From contig JASFKQ010000001.1 in the NCBI GenBank assembly GCA_050118555.1, forward strand, positions 1,464 to 65,463: a stretch of DNA of 64,000 nucleotides, read 5' to 3'. The translations under genes and the position numbers were made by a program. Shown here piece by piece: positions 9,335 to 19,043 of this stretch (position 1 is the first letter of the stretch; each line of letters starts with the position of its first letter). Source of the stretch: Lysobacterales bacterium (lineage in GTDB: Bacteria > Pseudomonadota > Gammaproteobacteria > Xanthomonadales > SZUA-36). Under the pieces are notes generated by a model, which was not told the origin of the DNA, did no database searches, and was given only the letters and a program-made list of their open reading frames with translations.

Positions 9335-10306
9335 TCAGAACAGGCCCCGGATTCGCTCCATCTGCTCCTGCAGCCGCACGGTGGCGGTCCAGGGCATGAT
9401 CGCGCTTTGTTGGCGGCCCTCGAGAATATCGGCCCCCGCAGCCTCAATTTCGAAGTTGAAGCCCGGGCTCTCGCGCCCGTCGGAATAACGATCCACGCAC
9501 TCATCCAGGTGATAGAGCCGGCACTCGCTGGCGCGCCAGAAGTCCGGGATTTCTATGTAACTCTCCTCGCCCACCAACCAGGCTTGGTTGGGTAGCTTGC
9601 TGCGGAAGGAACTGCCCAGTACGGCGCCCAGGCCATCATCGTTGTCGCCGTAACTGAACAGCAGCTGCAGGTCGTCGTCCACGCCGTTCGGCGCTTTACG
9701 CACGAACAGGCGGATATCGTCCGGGTCCCGGCCGGTGAAGAGAAGCGCCAGGGCCAGCGGATAGATGCCCATGTCGAACAGGCAGCCCCCCGCTAGTTCG
9801 ACCTTGTACTCGCGACGTTCCGGATCATAGGGCTTCATCGGGTAGCCGAAGTGGGCCTGGATCTGCCGCAGCGGGCCGATTCGGCCGTCGCTCACCCATT
9901 CCAGCGCCTTGCGGATCGCCGGCAGGAACCATGTCCACATCCCCTCCATCACGAACACACCGGACTGCTCCGCCATGCGAAAGAGGTTCCGGGCCTCGAG
10001 CGGGCTCACGGTAAAGGGCTTTTCGCAAAGTACATGCTTTCGCGCCTGGATCGCCGCCGCCGTATTCTGGAAATGCAGCGTGTGCGGGGTGGCGACGTAA
10101 ACCGCATCCACGTCCGGGTTATCGAACAGTTCCTGGTAGCTGCCATGGGCCGCTTGAATTCCGTGGCGCTCGGCGAACGCCCGTGCGGTCGCGTGCGTGC
10201 GCGAGGCGACCGCGACAAGCTCGCCGTTCGGCACAAACGCCATGTCGCGCACGAACTGCTGCGCGATGCGCGCCGTACTGACGATGCCCCATCGTATCTT
10301 GCTCAT
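9335..10306 (-). CDS. Gfo/Idh/MocA-family NAD(P)-dependent oxidoreductase
   Basis: Rossmann N-terminus IRWGIVSTARIAQQFV and the EKPF motif (VLCEKPFT). Start moved to ATG 10306, preceded by AAGGAG. Confidence 0.8.
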   Translation of the reverse strand: MSKIRWGIVSTARIAQQFVRDMAFVPNGELVAVASRTHATARAFAERHGIQAAHGSYQELFDNPDVDAVYVATPHTLHFQNTAAAIQARKHVLCEKPFTVSPLEARNLFRMAEQSGVFVMEGMWTWFLPAIRKALEWVSDGRIGPLRQIQAHFGYPMKPYDPERREYKVELAGGCLFDMGIYPLALALLFTGRDPDDIRLFVRKAPNGVDDDLQLLFSYGDNDDGLGAVLGSSFRSKLPNQAWLVGEESYIEIPDFWRASECRLYHLDECVDRYSDGRESPGFNFEIEAAGADILEGRQQSAIMPWTATVRLQEQMERIRGLF

Positions 10307-10360
10307 CGCTTGCTCCTTTACACCCGGAAACACGCTGCCGGACCTTCCCGCACGCGGAGG

Positions 10361-11701
10361 TCAGGAAAACATGAAGTCGTTGACGAGATTCTCCACCCAC
10401 TCCTGCCTGCCGCTTTGGCGCTCGGGCTCGCCCGCACCGGCTGCCATGTCGCGCAGGTCGGCCAACGTCAGCTCACCGCGCTCGAAACGTCGCCCTTCCC
10501 CGTCACGGAAACTCGAATAGCGCTCCGAGCGGAACGCGTCGAGCCGGCCGTCCGCCAGGATACGGTCGGCGATCACCAGTGCGCGGGCGTACGCATCCAT
10601 TCCACCGATATGGGCGATGAACAGGTCTTCGAGATCCGTCGATTCGCGCCGTGCCTTGGCGTCGAAGTTGAGCCCGCCGCTGCCCAGCCCGCCGTTGGCC
10701 AGCACAATCAGCATGTTGTGCACGCAATCGTAGAGGTTGGTCGGGAACTGATCCGTGTCCCATCCGTTCTGCGGATTGCCCCGGTTGGCGTCGATCGACC
10801 CCAGCAGGCCCGCGTCCACGGCCATTTGCAGATCGTGCTCGGAGCTGTGGCCCGCCAGGGTTGCGTGGTTGGCTTCGATGTTGAGCTTGAAATCACGGTC
10901 GAGCCCGAAGTGGCGCAGAAAGCCGATGACCGTCTGAGCGTCCGCGTCGTACTGGTGGTACATCGGTTCCATGGGCTTGGGTTCGATCAGGTAAGTACCT
11001 TCGAAGCCGATGGAGCGGCCGTAATCTCTCGCCATTTCCAGGAAGCGTGCCAGGTGCTCCAACTCCTTTCTCGTGTCGGTGTTGAACAGGCAGGCGTAAC
11101 CCTCCCTGCCGCCCCAGAACACGTAGTTCTGTCCATCAAGCTCCACGGTAGCGTCGAGCGCGACCTTGACCTGTGCCCCGGCGTGGGCGACCACGGCAAA
11201 GTCCGGGTTGGTCGCACCGCCGTTCATGTAGCGTGGATGCGAAAACAGATTGGCGGTGCCCCACAGAAGCCTTACGCCTGTCTCCTGCTGGCGCTCGCGC
11301 GCCAGGCCCACGAGGCGTGCGAGGTTGGCTTCGGACGCGGCGACACTGTCCCCTTCAGGCGCCATGTCGCGGTCGTGGAAACAATAAAAGGGCACGTTGA
11401 GCTTGGTGAAAAACTCGAAGGCCGCATCCAGACGCCTCTCCGCATCCGCCATGGGGTTCGCTCCTACGAACCAGGGAAAAACGCGGGTACCCGGCCCGAA
11501 CGGGTCGCCCCCGGCGCCGCAGAACGTATGCCAGTAGGCCACTGAAAAGCGAAGATGCTCCTCCATGGTCTTGCCGCCCACCACCCGCTCCGGGTCATAG
11601 GCCTTGAAACTCAGTGGATTGTCCGACCCCGGTCCTTCGTACTGGATCGGACTGACCGTCGGGAAATACTCTCTATCTCCAATGAAAACGCTTCGGCTCA
11701 T
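10361..11701 (-). CDS. xylA: Xylose isomerase
   Basis: 446 aa from ATG 11701 ([13 protein letters not shown]...). [29 protein letters not shown] and [15 protein letters not shown] are xylose isomerase blocks. Confidence 0.92.
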   Translation of the reverse strand: MSRSVFIGDREYFPTVSPIQYEGPGSDNPLSFKAYDPERVVGGKTMEEHLRFSVAYWHTFCGAGGDPFGPGTRVFPWFVGANPMADAERRLDAAFEFFTKLNVPFYCFHDRDMAPEGDSVAASEANLARLVGLARERQQETGVRLLWGTANLFSHPRYMNGGATNPDFAVVAHAGAQVKVALDATVELDGQNYVFWGGREGYACLFNTDTRKELEHLARFLEMARDYGRSIGFEGTYLIEPKPMEPMYHQYDADAQTVIGFLRHFGLDRDFKLNIEANHATLAGHSSEHDLQMAVDAGLLGSIDANRGNPQNGWDTDQFPTNLYDCVHNMLIVLANGGLGSGGLNFDAKARRESTDLEDLFIAHIGGMDAYARALVIADRILADGRLDAFRSERYSSFRDGEGRRFERGELTLADLRDMAAGAGEPERQSGRQEWVENLVNDFMFS

Positions 11702-11726
11702 GATGCGTTCCTCGATATCTTTTCGT

Positions 11727-13226
11727 TCAGGAAGAATTCTGTCCATAAACCGGCGCGACGGCAGCGACACAGCCAAGGTATCGCCCATACGCTTCGTCGT
11801 AGTCCCGCACGGCAGGCGCGCTCGGCTCGCAGCACAGCGGCTCGTCGCGTTGGAGATGCCGCGCCACCAGTGTTGAGAGGTCGCCGGGATCACCGCCCTC
11901 CAGCGTCCACAACGCCTGGAGTGCGGCCCCGAAGGAAGCGCCCTCGTCCTGCTGCAGTATCGTCACCGGCGCGCCACAGATATCGGCGACGATCTGGCGC
12001 CAGGTCGCGCTGCCGCCGCCGCCCCCGGTCAGTGTGATTCCGGAGGCCTCCACGCCCAGCTCGCGCAACCGCCCGAGTCCGTAACGCAAGGCGAACGTGG
12101 CGCCCTCCACGGCTGAACGCAGCAGGTTCTCCGGGCGCGTGTTGCGGCTGTCCAGGCCCATCACGCACGCCTTGGCGCGTGGCAGGTTGGGCGTGCGCTC
12201 GCCGTTGAAAAACGGCAGCGTGACAACGCCTTCCGAACCCCGGGGAGCGGCGCCGATATGCGATTCGAACGCGTCGAGGTCCGAATCCAGGAGGCGACGC
12301 ACCAACTCCGTAGTGACCGTGCAGTTCATCGTGCACATCAGCGGTAGCCAGCCTCCGGTGGAGGAGCAGAAGGCGGCGATTTCGCCCGCCGGGTCGATCA
12401 CCGGTTGCTCCGCGGACGCGTAGACCGTGCCGGACGTGCCCAGGCTCATGGTGACGTGGCCCGGCGCCACGTTGCCGGTGCCGATGGCGCCCATCATGTT
12501 GTCGCCACCACCGGTAGCCACCGGCAGACCCTCTGGAAGGCCGGTTTGCCGAGCGGCTTCGGGCCGGAGACGGCCGATCATGCGGGCACCGGTATGCAGC
12601 GGAGGGAGGCATCCAAGGAGGTCCCGTTCCGGATCGATCGCATCGAGCATGCCGCGGGACCATTCGCGGCGTCGAATGTCCAGAAATCCCGTGCCGGATG
12701 CGTCGCCCGCCTCCATGCAGCGTTCGCCCGTGAGGTGGAAATTGAGAAAGTCGTGGGGCAGCAGGATACAGTCGAGCTGCTCGTAGATGTCCGGGTGGGC
12801 CTTGCGCAACCAGAGCACCTTGGACGCGGTGTAGCCGGGCAGGATCAGGTTGCCCACTTCGCTCAGGCATCGCTCCGGGCCGCCGAAGGCCCGCATGATT
12901 TCCCGGCATTCGACATCCGTGGAGGTATCGCACCAGAGCTTGACGGGGGCCAGCACCTTACCTTCCTTCGACAGGGGCACGAAGCCATGCTGCTGCCCGG
13001 AAACCGCCAGCGCGACCGCGCTGGCCCGGACGTCGGGAGCGATACGCCCCAACGCCCCGTGCAAAGCATCGAGCCACCACCGGGCCTGCTGCTCGGCGAC
13101 GCCGTGATCATCCTGATACAGGTCCAGCGGCGCGCTGGCCGATGCGACCACCCGCTTCGCCTTGTAATCGTAAAATACGACCTTGAGCGACTGGGTTCCC
13201 AAGTCGATTCCGACGACGGTCTTCAT
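11727..13226 (-). CDS. xylB: Xylulokinase (FGGY carbohydrate kinase)
   Basis: 499 aa. The [12 protein letters not shown]-terminal motif and the C-terminal [18 protein letters not shown]. Lies 25 nt upstream of xylA on the same strand. Confidence 0.88.
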   Translation of the reverse strand: MKTVVGIDLGTQSLKVVFYDYKAKRVVASASAPLDLYQDDHGVAEQQARWWLDALHGALGRIAPDVRASAVALAVSGQQHGFVPLSKEGKVLAPVKLWCDTSTDVECREIMRAFGGPERCLSEVGNLILPGYTASKVLWLRKAHPDIYEQLDCILLPHDFLNFHLTGERCMEAGDASGTGFLDIRRREWSRGMLDAIDPERDLLGCLPPLHTGARMIGRLRPEAARQTGLPEGLPVATGGGDNMMGAIGTGNVAPGHVTMSLGTSGTVYASAEQPVIDPAGEIAAFCSSTGGWLPLMCTMNCTVTTELVRRLLDSDLDAFESHIGAAPRGSEGVVTLPFFNGERTPNLPRAKACVMGLDSRNTRPENLLRSAVEGATFALRYGLGRLRELGVEASGITLTGGGGGSATWRQIVADICGAPVTILQQDEGASFGAALQALWTLEGGDPGDLSTLVARHLQRDEPLCCEPSAPAVRDYDEAYGRYLGCVAAVAPVYGQNSS

Positions 13227-13254
13227 TGCAACTCTGTTGTTGTCTTATAATTTT

Positions 13255-13268
13255 GTAAACGTTTACAT
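13255..13268. promoter_or_regulatory. Perfect 14-bp LacI-family operator palindrome TGTAAACGTTTACA
   Basis: Lies in the divergent gap between xylB (-) and the LacI-type regulator (+). Matches the generic LacI/GalR-family half-site TGTAAACG. A TATAAT hexamer sits at 13247-13252 just upstream on the + strand. Confidence 0.6.
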
Positions 13269-13401
13269 TCTACCCGGTTCGCCGAAAATGTCGAACCTGC
13301 CGCGGATACGGCCGCCCCTCGCATGGCTTTAACCGCACTTTGAGCGGACAAGTGGAAACGCCCATGTTCACCGGAAAGCCCGCCATGGAACGCGCATCGT
13401 C

Positions 13402-14427
13402 GTGAGCCAGGTTTCCATCAAGGATGTCGCCCGCCTCGCGGGCGTCTCGATCGCCACCGTTTCCCGGTGCCTCAACGATCCTGAGCGGGTGCGCGAGCAG
13501 ACACGGGCCAGGGTGGCGGACGCCATTCGCAGAACCGGATATTCGCCGAATACGCTGGCCCAGAGCTTCCGGCGCGGCAAGACGCAAGTCATCATGGTCG
13601 TACTGCCTTCGGTCGGCGATCCCTTTTTCACCGAGGTGATGCAAGGCATCCGGTCCGTCGCCGCCTCCCGGGGATATTCGCTGCTGATCAGCGAGACGCA
13701 GTTCAATACCATGACGGCGGACGAAGTGGGCACGATGGTCGTTTCGCGACAGGCGGACGGCATCGTTCTGCTGGCCAGCCTTTCCCCGTTTGGAACGGAG
13801 GTTCTATCGGCGCGCAGCCACCGCGCCCTGCCCATCGTAATCGGTTTCGAAAAGGTCTCCACCGAACTGACCGGTTTCCCCAGCGTACACATTGACAACG
13901 TCGAGGCAGCGCGCGAAGCGACCAATTACCTGATTTCGCTGGGACACCGGCGAATCGCTTTCATCCGCGGGCCGCACCAGACCCTGCTGACCCGTGACCG
14001 GGAACTCGGGTTCAAAGCCGCGATGTCGGACAGCGGCCTGATCGTCCGGGACGATTGGCTGGTCGACGGCGAGCTCACGCTGCCCGGCGCCGCGGCGGCC
14101 ACGCGCAGTCTTCTAGCCTACCCACAACGGCCGACCGCGATATTCTGCGCCACCGACGAAATGGCCATGGGCTGTTATCAGGCCCTGAATTCTGCGGAGC
14201 TGGCCATTCCGGGGGACGTCTCGGTCGTCGGATTCGACGACATCCGTTACGCACAGGCGCTCGACCCTCCGCTGACCACCATCAGACAACCCGCGAGGGA
14301 AATCGGCGAGCGCGTGGTGCTCCGGCTACTCGCGGAGATCGAACAGGGCCGGGGCAGCAGCCAGGGCACCGAGGTCGTACCCCATCGCCTGGTCGTGCGG
14401 GACTCCACCGCGGCACCTTGCGGCTGA
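13402..14427 (+). CDS. LacI-family transcriptional regulator (probable xylose-operon repressor)
   Basis: GTG start. HTH VSIKDVARLAGVSIATVSRCLN followed by a periplasmic-binding-protein-like fold. Divergent from xylBA. Confidence 0.85.
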   Translation: MSQVSIKDVARLAGVSIATVSRCLNDPERVREQTRARVADAIRRTGYSPNTLAQSFRRGKTQVIMVVLPSVGDPFFTEVMQGIRSVAASRGYSLLISETQFNTMTADEVGTMVVSRQADGIVLLASLSPFGTEVLSARSHRALPIVIGFEKVSTELTGFPSVHIDNVEAAREATNYLISLGHRRIAFIRGPHQTLLTRDRELGFKAAMSDSGLIVRDDWLVDGELTLPGAAAATRSLLAYPQRPTAIFCATDEMAMGCYQALNSAELAIPGDVSVVGFDDIRYAQALDPPLTTIRQPAREIGERVVLRLLAEIEQGRGSSQGTEVVPHRLVVRDSTAAPCG

Positions 14428-14477
14428 CCCCCTGGCCAATCCGGAATCGGCCTCGCGCGCCGCCCGAACCGGGGCGA

Positions 14478-15857
14478 TCAACCGTACCGTTGCTCGAGGT
14501 AGCGGAACACGGCTCTGAGTCCCAGGGCTTCGCCTCCCATCGGGCGACCGGGCCGGTTTGCCTCGTTCCAGGCGAAGGTGTCGATGTGCACCCACGGCGT
14601 TCCGGCCCCGACGAATGACTCCAGGAATAACGCGGCCGTGATGCAGCCGCCATAGGAACTCTTGGCGTTGTTGTTCAGGTCCGCCAGAGCGCTCTCGATC
14701 AGCTTGCGGTACGGCTGGTACAGCGGCATGGTCCAGAGGGGATCCTCAATCTCGTCACCCGCGGCCTGGATGGCCCGGGCGATGGCCTCCTGGTTGCTGA
14801 AGACGGGCGGCAGGTCAGCGCCCAACGCCACCCGGGCAGCGCCCGTGAGCGTCGCGAAATCGATGACTAAATCAGGGTCGTGCTCGCAGGCATAGGCCAG
14901 AGCGTCGGAGAGGATCACCCGCCCCTCGGCGTCGGTATTGCCGATCTCGACGGTGAGGCCCTTGCGCGTTGAGATCACGTCACCGGGCCGGTACGCGTTG
15001 CCTGAAACCGCGTTCTCGACGGCCGGAATCAGCAGCAGAAGTCGCACCGGAAGGCGATGCCGCGCCACAAGCCGGGCCAATGCCAATGCGTGCGCGGCGC
15101 CCCCCATGTCTTTCTTCATCAACGCCATGCCCGAAGAGGTCTTGAGGTCGAGCCCCCCGGTATCAAAGCAGACCCCCTTGCCGACGAGAGCCAGCAGCGG
15201 CACGTCCTCGTCGCCCCAGGACAGTTCGATCAGCCGCGGCGGGCGGGCCGATGCCCGTCCGACGGCATGGATGGCAGGAAAATTCCGCGTCAGGAGATCG
15301 TCGCCCCGAATCACACTGGCTTCGGCCCCCAGCGCATCGGCCTCACGCATCACCGCGTTCGCCAGGTCACCCGGGCCCATGTGTTCGGTGGGTGTATTCA
15401 CCAGATCCCGGACGAGGCACTGGGCGTCGCACAATTCCCGGGTCTCGTGGTCCACATCTTCGTCCAGCAGCAAATCCGGCCGCTGGTCCTTGCCCGACTT
15501 GTAGCGCTCGAACCGGTACGACGCCAGTCCCCAGCCAAGCGCGGCCTGTAGCCTCTGCTCGCGGCTCCAGTCGCAATCCAGGCGGTAGAGACCTTCCGGC
15601 AAGGCGGATACCAGCGGGGCAAGCTGGTAGAGCCATCCCTTCGGGTCCCGGCCGAACAGATAACACTCGACATCCCCTTCGGCATCGGGCACGGCGCAGT
15701 ACTGGCCGGGTTTCGCCCTGAAACCGGCGGCATCGACCCATTTGCGGGCCTTTTCCGACACGGCCCTCTTCCAGTCTTCCAACGCCCCTTCATCAAGGGG
15801 CCTCAACGGGATCGCCCTCAATCCGGGCGCTTTATCCGCGGTAGAGACATACCTCAT
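14478..15857 (-). CDS. M17-family leucyl aminopeptidase
   Basis: VGKGVCFDTGGLDLK and the NTDAEGR signature; 459 aa. Confidence 0.85.
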   Translation of the reverse strand: MRYVSTADKAPGLRAIPLRPLDEGALEDWKRAVSEKARKWVDAAGFRAKPGQYCAVPDAEGDVECYLFGRDPKGWLYQLAPLVSALPEGLYRLDCDWSREQRLQAALGWGLASYRFERYKSGKDQRPDLLLDEDVDHETRELCDAQCLVRDLVNTPTEHMGPGDLANAVMREADALGAEASVIRGDDLLTRNFPAIHAVGRASARPPRLIELSWGDEDVPLLALVGKGVCFDTGGLDLKTSSGMALMKKDMGGAAHALALARLVARHRLPVRLLLLIPAVENAVSGNAYRPGDVISTRKGLTVEIGNTDAEGRVILSDALAYACEHDPDLVIDFATLTGAARVALGADLPPVFSNQEAIARAIQAAGDEIEDPLWTMPLYQPYRKLIESALADLNNNAKSSYGGCITAALFLESFVGAGTPWVHIDTFAWNEANRPGRPMGGEALGLRAVFRYLEQRYG

Positions 15858-15900
15858 GATCTGTCACCCGATCAACGTTGCACACGGGTGTCATTCTAGA

Positions 15901-17265
15901 TCAATCGATCCTCGCCACGTAGTCCCTGCCGTCGCGCCGGATCTGCAGGATCAGCGGTCCGCCAACCGAACCGATCACTTCGCGGAATTCCTGGAGCCCG
16001 CGAACCCGCATCCGGTTGGAACCGGTGATCACATCGCCCTGGCGCAACCCGGCGCGTGCGAGTGGACTGTCGGGCTCGAGCTTGGACACCACCACGCCAT
16101 TGTTACCTTCCGACTGCCGGGCGGGTGGCAACTCCTCGAAACGGGCGCCGGTGAGCCGCGGGTCGAGCCGTCCGCCTTGCAACACCCGAAGCTCCTGAAC
16201 CGCGACCTTGGCGTGCCTGATCGACTTGTTGCGGACGAAATCGAGTTCGACTTCATCGCCGATCGGGAACTGGCCCTCGTAATTATGGAACTCCTGTGCA
16301 CTGGCAACGGGATGACCATCTATGGCCGTTATCACGTCGCCCGCGACCAGCCCCGCTGATTCCGCGGCAGAGCCGTGGTCGATTTCGGACACCAGGGCGC
16401 CGTGGCCCTTCTCGATGCCGAAGGCCCCGGCGAGATCGCTGGTGAGGTCCTGTACGAAAATGCCCAACGTACCCCGGCGAACCTCTCCGAATCGGGCCAG
16501 TTGGTCCATCACGTAGCGGGCCATCGTCGAGGGAATGGCAAAGCCGATGCCAACATTGCCGCCGCTTGGAGTGAAGATTGCGCTGTTGATGCCGACCAGT
16601 TCGCCTCTCAGGTTGATCAGGGCGCCGCCCGAGTTGCCCGGGTTGATGGATGCATCGGTCTGAATGAAGTTCTGGAATTCGAGCCCCCGGAAACCGGTGC
16701 GCCCCAGGGCGCTGACAATGCCCGAAGTCACGGTCTGGCCGAGCCCGAAGGGGTTACCCACCGCGACCACGAAATCGCCCACCCTCAACTCGTTGGAATC
16801 AGCCAGCGGCAGCGCTTCCAGATCCTTGGCCGGAATGCGGATCATCGCCAGATCGGTGTCGGGATCCGTGCCGATGACCTCGGCTTCGAAGTTGCGTCCG
16901 TCAGACAGGGTGACCGAAATGTCGTCCGCTCCGTCGATCACGTGGTTATTGGTCAGCACGTAACCCTTGGATGCGTCCACAATGACGCCCGATCCGAGGC
17001 TCTGCGAAATCCGCTCCCTGGGCACGTCCGGGATGTTGAAGAAGCGCCTGAAGAACGGATCGTCCATCAGGGGGCTGCGCACGCGCACCCGGGTCTGCGT
17101 GTAGACGTTGACCACGGACGGTGTTACACGTTCGAGGATGGGTGCCAGCGAGGGCAATTCCTGTCCACCGACGGCCACTGGCAGGCTGGCGTTTGCCGGC
17201 GGGGCCACCAAAGTCAGGCACAGCACGGCAAGCAGGCCCGGGATGAACTTCGCGGGGTAAGACAC
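15901..17265 (-). CDS. Periplasmic serine endoprotease, DegP/DegQ/MucD (HtrA) family
   Basis: Trypsin-like triad context (TNNHV, D, GNSGGALIN) plus two PDZ regions. I prefer GTG 17265 (AAGGAG 5 nt upstream), giving MSYPAKFIPGLLAVLCLTLVAPPANA as a signal peptide. ATG 17292 is the alternative start. Confidence 0.85.
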   Translation of the reverse strand: MSYPAKFIPGLLAVLCLTLVAPPANASLPVAVGGQELPSLAPILERVTPSVVNVYTQTRVRVRSPLMDDPFFRRFFNIPDVPRERISQSLGSGVIVDASKGYVLTNNHVIDGADDISVTLSDGRNFEAEVIGTDPDTDLAMIRIPAKDLEALPLADSNELRVGDFVVAVGNPFGLGQTVTSGIVSALGRTGFRGLEFQNFIQTDASINPGNSGGALINLRGELVGINSAIFTPSGGNVGIGFAIPSTMARYVMDQLARFGEVRRGTLGIFVQDLTSDLAGAFGIEKGHGALVSEIDHGSAAESAGLVAGDVITAIDGHPVASAQEFHNYEGQFPIGDEVELDFVRNKSIRHAKVAVQELRVLQGGRLDPRLTGARFEELPPARQSEGNNGVVVSKLEPDSPLARAGLRQGDVITGSNRMRVRGLQEFREVIGSVGGPLILQIRRDGRDYVARID

Positions 17266-17301
17266 GGCAACTCCTTTTCTGATTGGGTTCATGCGACGCC
17301 C

Positions 17302-17329
17302 TTTCGACCGGCGCGCGCGGCGAAGGTTC
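17302..17329 (-). promoter_or_regulatory. Candidate sigma-E/AlgU-type promoter of the degP-like gene (GAACCT-N16-TCGAAA)
   Basis: The minus strand reads gaGAACCTtcgccgcgcgcgccggTCGAAAggg. This resembles the extracytoplasmic-stress consensus GAACTT-N16/17-TCnnA. HtrA-type proteases are classical regulon members. The geometry fits only the GTG 17265 start. Confidence 0.4.
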
Positions 17330-17497
17330 TCCGGCACGAACAAACCTTAACCCACGCGGCGGGCCTATGCCCCCGCCGTCCCACTTTCGCCACACCGGCT
17401 TGCCATTTACACGAAAACCGGATATATAGCCATGAAACAGTAACAGCGACACAATATATTGTGCCTGGCAGGGCACGCACGCTTGACCCGGACCGGG

Positions 17498-18112
17498 ATG
17501 GAAACAGGGCTCGAACAGCAGGTACTGAGAACAGACGTCAGCGGCATGCCGCTGGAATGGGTCGGCTATCAGGAAGCGGTGCGCCTGATTGCGCTGGGCC
17601 AGGTCAGCTATTCGCTGGGGAGCACCATCTACCGCATTCATGGCGGCGTGAATGCAATGACCGGAATCCGCAGTTTCGTGGACGTCGACGCAATCATCGC
17701 CAGCCACGGCCAGCATCCGCACACGCACCTGTTCTCCGATGCCTATACGCCGCCACTCAGCAACAAGGCCCTGTTCCGCCGTGACCAGTCGCTATGCCTG
17801 TACTGCGGCGAGCGGTTTCCCAATGCGCTGCTGTCCCGCGACCATGTCAAGCCGCTGAGCCAGGGCGGCGCGGATTCCTGGACCAACGTGGTGACGGCCT
17901 GCAAGCGCTGCAACAACCATAAGGCCGGGCGCACACCGGAACAGGCGGGGCTGCAGCTGCTGGCAATTCCCTTCAAGCCGACGCATGCGGAATACGTCTA
18001 CCTGCAGGGCCGTCGGATCCTGGCGGACCAGATGGAATTTCTGCTTTCGCACTTTCCGCGCAACAGCCCGCTTCGCCAACGAGTCACGAAAGGCCGGCCC
18101 CTGCTGACCTGA
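17498..18112 (+). CDS. HNH endonuclease-domain protein
   Basis: HNH core LSRDHVKPLSQGGADSWTNVVTACKRCNNHKAGR. Start placed at ATG 17498 (METGLEQQ...); the ORF track begins at an upstream TTG. Confidence 0.75.
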   Translation: METGLEQQVLRTDVSGMPLEWVGYQEAVRLIALGQVSYSLGSTIYRIHGGVNAMTGIRSFVDVDAIIASHGQHPHTHLFSDAYTPPLSNKALFRRDQSLCLYCGERFPNALLSRDHVKPLSQGGADSWTNVVTACKRCNNHKAGRTPEQAGLQLLAIPFKPTHAEYVYLQGRRILADQMEFLLSHFPRNSPLRQRVTKGRPLLT

Positions 18113-18139
18113 ATTGGGACGCCCGGAAAGTGTGCCGGC

Positions 18140-19024
18140 TCAGGCGCGGATACACCGCTGCCGTAACATGCCGCCGAAGGAAAGTTCGTCGAAAAGGCGA
18201 TTGATGCCCGCCGCGTCCGCGACGCCACGAGCCAGTTCCGGGGCGTTGAGGGCGGACTCCACCGAGGTTTCGATGAGCGTCAGGCGCTTCGCCAAATCCA
18301 CGGTTTCGCGATGATCGGACAGTTTTGGCCCGATCGTGCGCGCGCCACGGAACTTCAGGTGCGGCACCTCGTGAAGGCGTTCGAAAAGAGCATCCAGGCT
18401 GCCGAAATGCGCGAGCAGCGCCGCCGCGGTCTTGGGCCCCACCCCGGGTACGCCGGGAATGTTGTCTACCGGATCGCCGGTCAGCGCCAGGTAGTCCGCC
18501 ATCTGCTCCGGCGCCACGCCGAACTTTGCCGTCAGTTGCGCCGAGTTCAGTTTCTGGTTGCGTGAGAAGTCCCACCAGTGGTCGCCTTCCCGGATCACCT
18601 GGGCAAGATCCTTGTCGGCCGTCACGACGCAGATCGGGTGACCGCGGGCGCGCCAGTAGCCGGCCAGCGTGCCGATGAGATCGTCCGCCTCGAACCTGGG
18701 ATCCGCGAAGCACTTCAGGCCCATGAGTTCTGCGACCGCCCGCGCCCAGCCGAACTGGCGCTTGAGTTCCTCGGGCGCAGGGTCCCTGTTGGCCTTGTAC
18801 TCCGGGTAAATCTCGTTGCGGTAGCTCGTGGTGAGCGATTCGTCGAACGCGACGGCCACGTGCTGCGCCGAGGTCTGCTCCAACAAGCTGCACAGAAAAC
18901 CGGAAAAGCCGTACACGGCATTGGTCGGTTCGCCCGCTGCGTTAACGAATTCGTCCGGCATGGAATACCACGCGCGGAACAAATAGACGCTGGCGTCGAC
19001 GAGGTAGACGGGCGGCAGGCTCAT
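18140..19024 (-). CDS. xni: Stand-alone 5'-3' exonuclease / flap endonuclease (Xni/ExoIX-like)
   Basis: PIN-like N-terminus VYLVDASVYLFRAWY and the H3TH motif DNIPGVPGVGPKTAAALL; 294 aa with no polymerase domain. Confidence 0.75.
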   Translation of the reverse strand: MSLPPVYLVDASVYLFRAWYSMPDEFVNAAGEPTNAVYGFSGFLCSLLEQTSAQHVAVAFDESLTTSYRNEIYPEYKANRDPAPEELKRQFGWARAVAELMGLKCFADPRFEADDLIGTLAGYWRARGHPICVVTADKDLAQVIREGDHWWDFSRNQKLNSAQLTAKFGVAPEQMADYLALTGDPVDNIPGVPGVGPKTAAALLAHFGSLDALFERLHEVPHLKFRGARTIGPKLSDHRETVDLAKRLTLIETSVESALNAPELARGVADAAGINRLFDELSFGGMLRQRCIRA

Positions 19025-19043
19025 GCCGCCGCATTATGCCACA

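Noticed and set aside
9851-11545. 564-aa + strand ORF
   Set aside because: It is antisense to the oxidoreductase gene and xylA, both of which have unambiguous motifs. It is low-complexity and Arg/His-rich.
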